Shown piece after piece: positions 1-11,600 of a stretch of 38,710 nucleotides of DNA. The stretch's first letter is position 1. Each line of letters opens with the position of its first letter. The notes beneath the pieces were generated by a model. It worked only from the letters and a program-made list of their open reading frames with translations. It was not told the origin of the DNA and made no database searches. The translations under genes were made by a program, and so were the position numbers. The stretch lies in IMG/VR virus record IMGVR_UViG_3300020042_009382, positions 1-38,710 of that record; one strand, written 5' to 3'. The DNA comes from a virus. Its lineage: Duplodnaviria > Caudoviricetes.

Positions 1-3000
1 CACCATAATTTTGCAATGTAGAATCATTTGCAATTTCCACTAATTTTGGAATAAAATCAACAGATCCATTGCCATCAAAAAATTGATAGAATTCCGTTAA
101 TGGTTTGATATTTGTTACTGAGAATTCTGTATTTCTGGAGCGCATCCAAAGTTCATTTCCACTATCAACTAAAATATCATTTGATGTTACCTCCTTAATG
201 GTATCAACATAAATTCCAAATCCACCATTAAGTGATACTTCTATAGTTCCACCATTTATATTTTTATCTGGAAGTCTAATAGTTCTAATCCAACTATCAC
301 TAGCGGGAGATAATTTAATGCTTCCAGTGTAGACTACTACATGAAATGGGTTAACATTTTCTACTCTGGTTGCAAGAGGTTGTTCAATCCAACCTATTGA
401 ATCATACTTTAGAGTTACAACTTCACCGGTTTTTTGTACATTTGGATCAAATAATTTAAAATTGATTGAAAGATCTAACTCTTCGTCAATTACACTTTCT
501 GCTGGGGCAAGTTGACTTTTGAGTGTATTTTTACTAATAATTGGCAGTAATTCTTGTTCTTCAGGATCAATTTGTATAGAAGAATAGTCTGAATTAATTA
601 ATGAAGAATTTTTGAAATCATCAACAAAAAATCCACTCTTAAATCGATTTCTCCCATCAGCATCTTGAATTTGTAAAGTCTGAGTATTTACTTCAAGTAG
701 TGTTAGTGAAGTAATTCTCTCTAAATTCTCAACCCTATCCTCAATTAATCCAATGTCCCTCATTGTATATCTTTTATTATCTACCAGAGATATCTCTACA
801 TCTGCTGGGTTATAAAGATATGGTGGTAATGTAATAGTTGCAATTTCCATTACATCATCATTATTTGTTGGAGATTTGGGTATGATTGCAGATACCCCTT
901 TCTGCACAATTAATACTCCAAACTTATCAAGATATAATTTATCAATTCTTCCTAGATAATAGTCATATCCAACTAAAGAACTTTCATTTGGTGCTAGGAG
1001 CAATCTTGGAACTGTATCAAAATTCCTTGAAGAAAAGTAAAATGGTGAAGATGCCGTACTAGTAAAAACCGACACTCTGGGTCTAAAATCTAAAGTATCC
1101 GAAGCTCTTACTCTTCTAGGACCAATATATGGAACATCTTCCGAAAATCTTTCCTTATCATAACTCAATACTGTAAATACATCACCATTATCAGTTGATG
1201 GTACTGTATAGCAATCGAATACTATTAGCAATCTTTTAGATGGCACTGAAGAATTGTTATTTCTAACAATTTTGGAATAATCATAATATTGATCCCTTTG
1301 CCCTTTGTCTAAATTATAAGAATTTGTAATATTTTTATAATTTCCTGCAGTAATGGATTGAATATCTGTTGTTATATTAGATTCTTCGAATGATACAGAT
1401 TCTCCTTCCAAAAATCTATCAGTATTTAAATAAACAATTCCTAAAATATTTGCAGATACTGATGTAACAACCCTTGCAATTGCCTTGGATGTGTTACCAA
1501 TTATATTTTCACCAATTATTGCATTTGCAGAAACATTCGCAGTTGAGGTAAATTCGATTTGATCTAAAGTTGGATTTAATTTATCCAAAGATTCATAAAC
1601 TGCCAGAACTTTTACAACATCTGGATAATTTAGGGATATTTCTTCATCCTGAACTCTCAACCCATAATATTGGTTATATGTCAATCCATCATTAATTGAT
1701 GAACTAATACCACTTCCAGACTGAGAGTACTTTGATAGGTTTACACTAATAGTCTGACTTCTAGTATATTGTTTTAATTTGCTTTGGATACCATTTTTGA
1801 TCAAAGTGGCATTAACTACAGCATTACTTCCATTAGTTAGTCCACTAAACGTAACTTGATTTGTTGCTGAATTGAGTGAAAATGAGTCGGAAGTTACAGT
1901 CCCAATTCCACCACCGGTATAATATACTGAATATCTTTCTTCATCAAATGCTGCAAAAAATGCACTAGTAATTCCAGTAAAATCTGAGGTATTGAGTATT
2001 AATTTTCCACTAGATATTGTTTTACCAGTTAATTGTTCAGAAACAGTTAATAAAGAATCTGAAAGATTTACTGAAGAAATATTTGTATCTGGTAATTCTG
2101 CGTACAAGTAACCAGAATCTTGATTTCTTATGATTGCAGAAGCTATTGTGATTGGATAAGTTCCATTGGTAACTGATCCAGTATAAACACCAGAAACATT
2201 TGAGGCAACGTCAGCAATAGTTAATGATAATCCATCAGCAGCGACTGCAGTTACTCTATTATATGTTTTATCACCAGTTGTTGTTTGATATCCGAGAATT
2301 GTATCAGTTTTTATTCCAGTAAATACTTTACCAGGACTCTTTACAGTTGTTCCACCACTAATAGTTGCTTGAACTACGCTATTGGGAAGAAAAAATGACT
2401 CCAAAAGACAATCTGCAGTGAATGTTGGATATCCACTTATTCCCGATTGTTTAACTGATTTAATTTCTTGAGTTCCAAAAGAATTTACCGTAGTAATTGT
2501 TCTTGAAAAATCAATACCATTGATAATTAATTGTTCCCCAACAGAAAATGTACCTGAAGTTTGACTTAAAGTAATAGTAGAAGACCCGCCACCGGCAGAA
2601 ACAGCGTATCCACTAGCGCCACTACTCTTACCTTTAACAAAAGAAGTTGCTGGAAGTTCACTGCTCGATAATGAGGAATTTAAAACTAATGAAGTATAAG
2701 TCTGAATATCATACAAATATAAATCCCAATTAGTAGATGCTCCAGCATATGCAGCATCTGTTAAATTGAAAGTATATACTCTTGCATCTCCTATTTTGGT
2801 TCCCAATCCACCAAATCTTGAATATAATTCAATTGCATATCTTTGTGCTGGAGAACCAGATACATTATTGACTCTTAAACTATTTCCCATTTCAAAGGGA
2901 ATATTTACATTTAATACGGATTGAGTATCTCTTGGTTTTTCTACATCTAAAATTGTTGTTGAAATGTTTTCTATATCATATCCTCTAACATATGCCTTTC

Positions 3001-4066
3001 CAGGAGATACCTTTACAGACATCAAATCGTCGGAAGGTATATTTCCTTCGTATGTCTTCTCATTATTAAAAAACAATCCACTATTGCCCAATCTATCATT
3101 TAATGAGTTGTGTATTGATGGGTTAAATGGATCTACGGCATAATTACCAGATTCATCATAAGTTCTTTCTGCCAGATAATCACGGATTAAATTATAAGAT
3201 GTTTTTGTATCAATTTTTTTAATTTTTCCGTTTTGAACTCTCAATAGTTCGACAAAATCTGTGTCGTTAGTATCTGATAATAATTTTTTAGTTAAAGTTA
3301 AATTAATTTTAAATCTATCTGCACCAGGAGCAGCATAATTTGTAAACCCTTTGGCATTGTCAGATAATGATCTATCATCCTTCGCATTAATTATCAATTC
3401 ATCAATTTTTAGACCAACTCTATATGATGGTGTATTTGTATAGTTGTCTAAAATTAAAGTTTGCTTAGAAACATTTACAAAATAACCTCTAATAAAGTAT
3501 ACACCATCTCCAATAAATGCCGCAGAACCTATAGATGTTGCATTTAATGAAATTAGTGATGCAAATGGAGTTCCTGCATTAATTGTGGTGTTACCATAGA
3601 TTATATTTTCTTCAGCAATTAATGATTCTCCGTCTACAAATGGATTAAATTTGAAATTGTTATCAGAATCTAAGTATTTTACATATAATGTTAATTCTTG
3701 TACATTAATATCATCGGGAAAAGAAATATATTGAATAGTTGCCGTTGTTCCTGATGTTTGACCAACTATTTTTTTACCAATAAAATTATTGATATAAATT
3801 GAAATATCAATTCCAAAAGTAGTTGGATTTACTTTTACTGAATTAAACTGTCCATCATAGGCAATATTTCCAGGTATTACTACAGACCCTTCTTTAAACA
3901 GATGACTTCCAAAAGATTCTACTTGATTCTGTAAAATTGATTGTAAAGTTGTTAGTTCTCTTGCTTGAACTGGCCTACCAGGATTAAATAGAACCTTATA
4001 AAAATTCTTCTCAGAATCAAAATCATCATAGTATGGACTAATGTTTAAATCTGTTTTTTGTGCCAT
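1..4066 (-). CDS. VrlC/DUF4815-like virion structural protein, runs off the left window edge
   Basis: Manual translation from ATG at 4066: MAQKTDLNISPYYDDFDSEKNFYKVLFNPGRPVQARELTTLQSILQNQ, the N-terminal signature of cyanophage VrlC-like proteins; follows gp8. Absent from the ORF track because it is truncated. Confidence 0.85.
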   Translation of the reverse strand, partial: MAQKTDLNISPYYDDFDSEKNFYKVLFNPGRPVQARELTTLQSILQNQVESFGSHLFKEGSVVIPGNIAYDGQFNSVKVNPTTFGIDISIYINNFIGKKIVGQTSGTTATIQYISFPDDINVQELTLYVKYLDSDNNFKFNPFVDGESLIAEENIIYGNTTINAGTPFASLISLNATSIGSAAFIGDGVYFIRGYFVNVSKQTLILDNYTNTPSYRVGLKIDELIINAKDDRSLSDNAKGFTNYAAPGADRFKINLTLTKKLLSDTNDTDFVELLRVQNGKIKKIDTKTSYNLIRDYLAERTYDESGNYAVDPFNPSIHNSLNDRLGNSGLFFNNEKTYEGNIPSDDLMSVKVSPGKAYVRGYDIENISTTILDVEKPRDTQSVLNVNIPFEMGNSLRVNNVSGSPAQRYAIELYSRFGGLGTKIGDARVYTFNLTDAAYAGASTNWDLYLYDIQTYTSLVLNSSLSSSELPATSFVKGKSSGASGYAVSAGGGSSTITLSQTSGTFSVGEQLIINGIDFSRTITTVNSFGTQEIKSVKQSGISGYPTFTADCLLESFFLPNSVVQATISGGTTVKSPGKVFTGIKTDTILGYQTTTGDKTYNRVTAVAADGLSLTIADVASNVSGVYTGSVTNGTYPITIASAIIRNQDSGYLYAELPDTNISSVNLSDSLLTVSEQLTGKTISSGKLILNTSDFTGITSAFFAAFDEERYSVYYTGGGIGTVTSDSFSLNSATNQVTFSGLTNGSNAVVNATLIKNGIQSKLKQYTRSQTISVNLSKYSQSGSGISSSINDGLTYNQYYGLRVQDEEISLNYPDVVKVLAVYESLDKLNPTLDQIEFTSTANVSANAIIGENIIGNTSKAIARVVTSVSANILGIVYLNTDRFLEGESVSFEESNITTDIQSITAGNYKNITNSYNLDKGQRDQYYDYSKIVRNNNSSVPSKRLLIVFDCYTVPSTDNGDVFTVLSYDKERFSEDVPYIGPRRVRASDTLDFRPRVSVFTSTASSPFYFSSRNFDTVPRLLLAPNESSLVGYDYYLGRIDKLYLDKFGVLIVQKGVSAIIPKSPTNNDDVMEIATITLPPYLYNPADVEISLVDNKRYTMRDIGLIEDRVENLERITSLTLLEVNTQTLQIQDADGRNRFKSGFFVDDFKNSSLINSDYSSIQIDPEEQELLPIISKNTLKSQLAPAESVIDEELDLSINFKLFDPNVQKTGEVVTLKYDSIGWIEQPLATRVENVNPFHVVVYTGSIKLSPASDSWIRTIRLPDKNINGGTIEVSLNGGFGIYVDTIKEVTSNDILVDSGNELWMRSRNTEFSVTNIKPLTEFYQFFDGNGSVDFIPKLVEIANDSTLQNYG

Positions 4067-4071
4067 TTTTC

Positions 4072-5616
4072 TTAGAATTCCAGAATAATTTTAACGTCTT
4101 CTTTTTGTCGGATGTCCCTTTCTACCAAGGGTCGGTTATCTATATAAATTATATCTCCCGTCTTTTTATTTATCTCTGGATTTGCAAGACCCCCTGTAAA
4201 AGTTACTCCCAAGTCTATAACTTTACTTCCAACTGTAACTTTATTGTCATTAAAGGACGTTTCAATCGATCCAGTAAATGGCGCAATAGTACTTGCAGAT
4301 GATTGAAAATCATATACTTTAGAATCTTCGGTAACCGTATTATAATCAACTTCATTTTCAGTATTACCAAAATATAAAGATCTATCTCTAAAATATTTCA
4401 ATACCTTTGTCTCACTATCATATGATGCTACATATCCCTTTGCAATTTTTCCATCTGTTCTTGTTTGTGTCATTTCTCCTCCGATAGTTGGAGTTCCACT
4501 AAATGCCGTAGTAAGTTTTATTGCATAAAGTGATGAATATTGATTTTCTGTAAAGATTATATCAGAAGTAAATGTAGTTGGATTTTTTATAATTCCAACT
4601 TGAGAAAAATAAGTATCTGTTGGAAAATCTTTAGTTGAATCGTCAAATCTAGCATAGACTAATACTTTATCAGTACCTAATTCCGAATAGATATCATACC
4701 CATGTCCTTTAGATGGTGGGATAATTGGTATTAGTTTTGCTGGATTGGGAAGACTTCCTACTGGTTGAAAACTCCCCAAATCAACCACTCCCCAAGTATA
4801 TCCACTTCCACCAGAAGTAACTGTTGTAGAAGTTATTGTCCCATTATTATCGACAGTAACAGACACTCTACCACCACTACCATCACCAAGAATATCAACA
4901 ATTTTTGTATCCGAGTTGTATCCAGATCCACCATCTGAAATATATACTTTTTTAATCTGATTAAGATTTATACTAGAATTTCCTGCTTCTCTAACAGAAA
5001 CAATTTGAGAATCTGTTGATGTTGCCCAATTGTTGGGCACTACAACATACTCAGTCGAATCAAATTTTATAATATCACTTGGAGAAACTGAAAAGAGGTA
5101 TTTCCAAATATATCCATCTCCACTTACTCCTGCCGCAGATGGTTCCAAATCTGTAAAAGTGGGTTCATCTTGTGATTTATTTCCTTTCAGGTTGGTTGAA
5201 GAAGAACCATTATCTATACAAATATAAACTTTATAATCACTATTAATTATATAATAATTTGAATCATATAATCTACTTGAGTTTGAATTTGGTGTTGGAG
5301 TTGATATACTATAATCATGTCTATACATCTCATAAGAAGTATTGGAAGTCCAAGTAACTTTTCTTATAAGTCTTCTTATATTACTGCTTGTAATTTTTTT
5401 ACCAAATAGTGTAGTATCCCTATAATGTCCAGAATATTGAAGATTATCAGTTGGACTTGGTGTATTAGAATCCCAACCGGTAGATCTTCCAAATCCAACT
5501 GTTGTGGGATTGTCCAGACTCAAAAATACATAGTATGAATTGTTATCAGACACTACAGAATCTACGAAATTGCTAGCATTCACTATTCTAAATTGGTCTG
5601 TTACGACTGCTGCCAT
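4072..5616 (-). CDS. gp8: Baseplate wedge subunit, T4 gp8-like
   Basis: 514 aa; YKVYICIDNG, DGYIWKYLF and C-terminal GDIIYIDNRP...QKEDVKIILEF motifs; gp25-gp6-gp7-gp8 order. Confidence 0.9.
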   Translation of the reverse strand: MAAVVTDQFRIVNASNFVDSVVSDNNSYYVFLSLDNPTTVGFGRSTGWDSNTPSPTDNLQYSGHYRDTTLFGKKITSSNIRRLIRKVTWTSNTSYEMYRHDYSISTPTPNSNSSRLYDSNYYIINSDYKVYICIDNGSSSTNLKGNKSQDEPTFTDLEPSAAGVSGDGYIWKYLFSVSPSDIIKFDSTEYVVVPNNWATSTDSQIVSVREAGNSSINLNQIKKVYISDGGSGYNSDTKIVDILGDGSGGRVSVTVDNNGTITSTTVTSGGSGYTWGVVDLGSFQPVGSLPNPAKLIPIIPPSKGHGYDIYSELGTDKVLVYARFDDSTKDFPTDTYFSQVGIIKNPTTFTSDIIFTENQYSSLYAIKLTTAFSGTPTIGGEMTQTRTDGKIAKGYVASYDSETKVLKYFRDRSLYFGNTENEVDYNTVTEDSKVYDFQSSASTIAPFTGSIETSFNDNKVTVGSKVIDLGVTFTGGLANPEINKKTGDIIYIDNRPLVERDIRQKEDVKIILEF

Positions 5617-5633
5617 ATTACTAGTTTTTTAGA

Positions 5634-5641
5634 TATTTATA
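5634..5641 (-). promoter_or_regulatory. T4-type late promoter TATAAATA
   Basis: Exact TATAAATA on the minus strand, 17 nt upstream of the gp8 ATG. Confidence 0.8.
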
Positions 5642-8600
5642 AGAGTTTGGAGAGTGCTCCAGTATTCCTTATACCAGTACCTCTTCTTTGAATTGTTGGG
5701 AACGTTGATAGACCAACATCCACAGTATTACCAGAAACTCCTATTGAAATTGGAGAACTTGATCTAGTAAATCCTGACAACCTACCCCAAGAAAATTTAC
5801 CTACTGGATTTGATACACTACCGGTAGATGCAAGTCCAACTACAGATGTGTTTGATTTAATGTTGCAGGTAATAATTCCAGTAGTACCACTTGAAGAAAA
5901 TTGATGAATATAATAAATGTTATCTAAAAATGTGGAACCAATTCCAACCACAGATGAATCAGAACTGTCAATAGAAGTTACTCCTCTTCCAACACGGGTA
6001 TCAAAGATATAAATTGGATATCCGGTTTGCAATCCAACATAAGATGATGCATTTAAGTGGAATCTCAATGCCAGTGGATTTCCACCACTACCTGCTGAAG
6101 TTGTAATTCCGGTAATAATTCCAGAGAATCCATTAATCAAAGAAATATTTGAAATTAATTCAACTGCTCCACTTGATGTAGTTGAAATTCCATTTACAAT
6201 AAGTGCATCAAAATTTGTATCTACATCATAATTAAAGAATTCTGCATTATCGACAAATATTTCAGTATTTGTATTTGAGAAATTTTTAATAACTTTTGCG
6301 GTTGGATATACCAATGATTCAATAGAATCTCTAGTTTTATAAACATTTTCACCATTAATTTTCCGATCAACCTTTTGCTTAATCCAACTTAATGGTTTAT
6401 TGTTTTCAGTATCTACTCCTTGTTCAGAATACAAATTAGTTTCAAATTTATCCGAGAATGATAAATCAAATATAATTCTCTTATCTTGAGACATTGTACC
6501 AGAAATACTATTATTTTTAAGTACTTGTACAGTATCACCTCTTTTTAAAGTTTCATTAATATCAGTAATCAATGTACTATCATCACCTGCTGTTCCTCTG
6601 TAAAAGAAAATTGCAACATTATCTTCTGCTTTTGGTGCAGTTGTGAATACAAAGGATGTTCCACCATCAAATTCATATGCTACTCCAGGATCTTGAATCA
6701 CACCATTAATAACAATTAGTAATGCATTTGCGAGATTTACTTGAGAACCCTCTTGAACTTCAAAACTTAATAGTTCACTATTATAATATAATGGGAATCT
6801 TGTTCTAATTCCATCTTGATAATTTGCAATTGAATCGATATAATTAAATTCTCCAAATTGCCAAGCAGCAAAGGAATCTGTAAATGTATTAATGACAGTT
6901 AATTTAAATTCTGATAGTGGAGATCCTAATCTTGAATCAGTAACTAATCCAACTGGTTTAAACACATCTCCACGTTGGAAATTATATCCCTGTCTGGAGA
7001 TATTAAATCTAGTTACTTCGTAATATGTTGAACCTATTCCAGTAGTAGAACTTGCTCCAACTTCAACATTTAGAAGTAGTCCTATTCCAGTAGATGTTGT
7101 CGTACCAATGCCCAATCTGGATATACCAGTTACCCCAAGATTCTCATAAGAAGGTTCTGAAACAAATATCTTGGGATTTGTATATCCACTACCACCACCG
7201 ATAATATTGAATGATAAGGTTCCTCCTGCACCAACAGATGCTGTTATAGTTGCTGCTGCTCCAGCATGTCCACTTTGATATACACTTATACCTATTGAAA
7301 CAATTCCATTATAGCCAGATCCAAGATTGTCTGTAGTTCCTATTCCAACAGATTTAATTGAACCTCCAGCACCCACTACAGCAGTCACTGCTGCTCCAAC
7401 AAGGGGTGCATACCCCAATCCAGTAGATGATCCTAAAGAAATAATTATTCCACCCCTAGGAATTTGATTTTGATTAACATCAGATTGTGAAGTGATTACA
7501 TCTAAAGTATTTGCTGATGTAATCCCAGAAAATACTACACTACTTATTCCTGATATAGAATTTTCAATAATCCTAAAATTATTTGTTGGATTATTATCGG
7601 TTGTTGGCGTTTGAAAAACACTGTTTATGAATAAAATACCATTTCCACCAGTAGATCCCAATCCAACAGTATTTGCACCACCAACAGTTAATGTGAAAGT
7701 TCTTCCAATTCCCGTAAATTGATTTGAAATATCGTCATATATCTGATTAGTTGTATAATTATTTCTCAAAAATACTCTACCAGTAAAATCTGATGTTTCG
7801 AATATTAGATTGCTAGAAGTTCTTTCTATTTGTGGATTTCCTCTTGGGGATTCAGTGAAGAAAATACTGTTACCAACAATATTATAAGAACCTTTATAAA
7901 TTCTCGCTGTTCCAGAATCCGTATGAGATGATGCCGATGACCCCACAAATCCTCTAGTTACTTCAACCAAAGATATCGTTCCATTATTTGTAATTGGTCC
8001 AATATTAGTTGTTCCCAATCCAACATTAATAACACCCATATATTCATCATCAATTTTGAGAATATTTTTTGGGGAAATTGTAGATATGCCGCTCAAAGCA
8101 AATATTGAAGATCCAACACCAATTTGCCCACCATTTCCGGATAAAGTATACGATATTGGAGTAAATAATAATGGATACTGAACTAAATTATCAATAGTAA
8201 TAATTGCTTTTTCGTTTTTCTTGAACATTTCAAGTTGATGTGCATTCCCTTGTCCATTGGAAGTAAATGTAACTCCTATACCCAATGTTGCATAATCTTG
8301 TCTTGTTGATAATTTAAATGCATTGTTTGACAGTTTAATAACATATACATCAGATGGTAATAATGTAGTTACAACTCCAACAGAGTTTAGTGTTGAACCA
8401 ATTCCAACGGATACTGATCCTATTCCAATAAATGTTGATTTTGGAGTATATACAAGTTTTTCTAAATTACTAAAGAAATGATTTGGTATTGTGAATACTC
8501 CAGTTGTTTTATTCAATATTGAAGTCTCGGATGGATCAAATGTTTTTGCAAAAATTGGATATCCATCAGAAGTTAAATTAAATTCAGTTCTATTAATTCT

Positions 8601-11600
8601 ATTTCCATTAATTGCATTATAAAAATCAACCTCAACAGATTCTGAAGATGCTCCATATAAAAGATCTGGGGGAATATTTACATCATCCAAAATTGTATAT
8701 AAGCACTGATTAAATGATAAAACATCAATTTTTGATGTTATTGATGAATTTGGATAAAATTTTAATATAAAATTATTTCCAGAATATTCTGCTCCAAAAG
8801 TTCCAATTCCATTAGTGCTTCCAATTGAAAGGAATGGTGATTGTTGAATATAAGCATTTGCAGTATCCTGCACCATCATAATTTGATGTAAAGCACTTGT
8901 AGATCCAACACTAATTTTAATCAGAGATTTAACGGCATTAAAATCATTTTTGTTTAATGATATAACTTCTGTTGATGCTGCAGAAACTGTTGATGAATAA
9001 TTTGATTGGTATATCGCGGTCCTTTCATATTCATTTAATTGACCTGATAGTTTAAAACGATATGTCCCAACACCAACTGCTGTTGTACCAAATCCAACAA
9101 TTTTTGATCTAATAGTAACATCATTAGAGGAATCATTTGTATAATTTAAGGATAATATTCCAGAGGAAATATTTGCACCAAATGACCCTATAAAGTTTCC
9201 AGAATAGTTATAAATCTGATATTCGGAATCGAAATAATATTGTGAAATATAAGTATCGGTTCCATCATGTGTTAGATATGACTCAACAAAATTCATATCA
9301 TTTGCACCAGCTTCAATTACTTGCGTATTCACATATAGTGAAGTAAATTTGTTAGAGTTTACAGATATAATCGAAGTTGTTATTCCTGAGGTTACAATTC
9401 TATTAGAACCCGTTAAGTCAATAAATCCAATAGAAGTTGTTCCAATGCCGGGTGAAGATGAATTGAATCCAGATTTAAGTAATTTTAAATCATAATCTAC
9501 ATTATATGAGTCAGTGGGTGTGAACTGTAAATAAGTTTTATTAAATTCATTTGTAACTATTGAGAATGATCCAAGTTCTTCTCCAGAAATGTGTGTAAGA
9601 CCTGCTCCAACATTAACTATAGTTCCTTTTTCTAATATGAAATTATCACTGCCATCATTCAGTAAAACCAATTCTGTCAGTTGGATTTTGGAATTGTCTG
9701 CACTGGAAACTCTGAATAATAAATTATTATAAGATGTTGTAAGATCTAATTCAAAAATATTTAAAAAATCACTTGGTTCTCCATTTAAATTGGAGAACTG
9801 CCTACTTATATCATCTACTTTTAAAACTACATTAGTTTTACACTCAGTATAATCTGTTAATTTTTTATTTTTTAATTTTAAAAATTTGGAAGATGATCCA
9901 ATAATATCAATATCCTTTACTAAATCAAAATCATAAATCGTATCTACTCTATTTTCTTCAATTATATCATAAATTATAGTTGTTGCATTTGAACTACTCG
10001 AAATTCCAGAATTTGTAGTTGATGTAATTCCAGTATCTGCAAAATTCTTCAATCCACTGGTGTGAAGTAAGCTATTAACTTGAGTTCTTAGATTTTGATA
10101 TGTAATGGGGCTCTTTACTGTATACGATAGATTTTGATAGTAATCATTATCTGCAATTACTTGGTCATCTTCATCCAATTTTCCAATATTATTTGTCCAC
10201 CCAAGATCCTTTCTAACAGAATAATCAACATCAAATTTTCCAGAATTAACTTTAATTGAATCTATAGTTGCTATATTACCAGATTCCTTGCCAGTTATTA
10301 CCTCTTCAATAGATAAATCATAAGATCCATATACTTTAATGGATGTTTTATCATAATCCGTAATAATTAAATCTCTTTCAATATTATTAGAAACGATTGC
10401 CTCACCAATAATAAATGATGATACTTTTTGTACAACTTCAAATGATGGATAATCAGTGCTCTTTATAATATTTCCAATAGAATCTTGAATTGTTTTTGCT
10501 ATTCCAGTATTTGTCGTTAATCCAATATTACTAAGATTGATCACAACCTCATCAAGAATTCCCACAGAGTAACCACTAACAGTAAAAAACTGATATCCAT
10601 AGTCTTCAGAATTGAATCCGGATCCATCAGTACCAATTTTTTGAATACCTTCTACAAATACTTTATCACCAATATTGAATGGATTAGTTGAAAATCCAAG
10701 TACTGGTGTTGTTATAAAACAAGTAAAGATTCCCGTAGAAGATGACTCTACTTTTTGAATACTAATTCCATTGGTATTATTGGAAGTAAATAATTGTACG
10801 GTTGTTTCTGGAACACCTCTAGGTTCTTGTACGATATTTACTGCAGAAATAGAACTGCCAGTTATTACTGTCTCCAATATTCCACTATCAATTTTTTCTC
10901 CAGTTATAGAGTCAACAATTACAATTGATGGGGGATTAGTATATCCTCTTCCACCATCAGTAACTGCAATTGTATCAATTGTATTTGAATTTTTGATCGT
11001 AACTGTTGGTGATATGTATGCAATAGGTTGTAAAGTCTTATCTGAAGAATACTCAAATCCGTCATCAATTATTCTCACCTCTCTCACATTTCCTATATTT
11101 TGTGATTTTGCAACAACATAAGCATCTTGACCATCAATAGAATCAGATCCAGTAAATACTGGTAATTTTTTATATCCTATTCCACCAGAAACAATATTAA
11201 TTTTATCAATGGGACCTTTCGCAGATATGGAATTTGTAGTATACGACAAAGCATCACATTCATTTTGAGAATATGTTAGTTTTTCGGGAACTTTGACTAA
11301 AGAAATATTAAAAGTTGTAGACCCAATACCAGAAATACTATAGTTTGAGTTATATACACTGTCTACGAATAATATTTCAGAATAATTACTTACTGTTATA
11401 TCCGAGGTACTAATATATCCAGTTTTTTCCAAATTATAATATAATTTGGAAGGTAAGTTACTATCATACTTAATAGTAAGTGAAGCATTAGTTGAAATTC
11501 CAACGGTTCCTATACCCAATAAATTAAATTCAGAAGTAGATGCAGTAGAAACAAATTCATTATTAAAGTTTTGATCATAATATATTTTAAATTCATATTC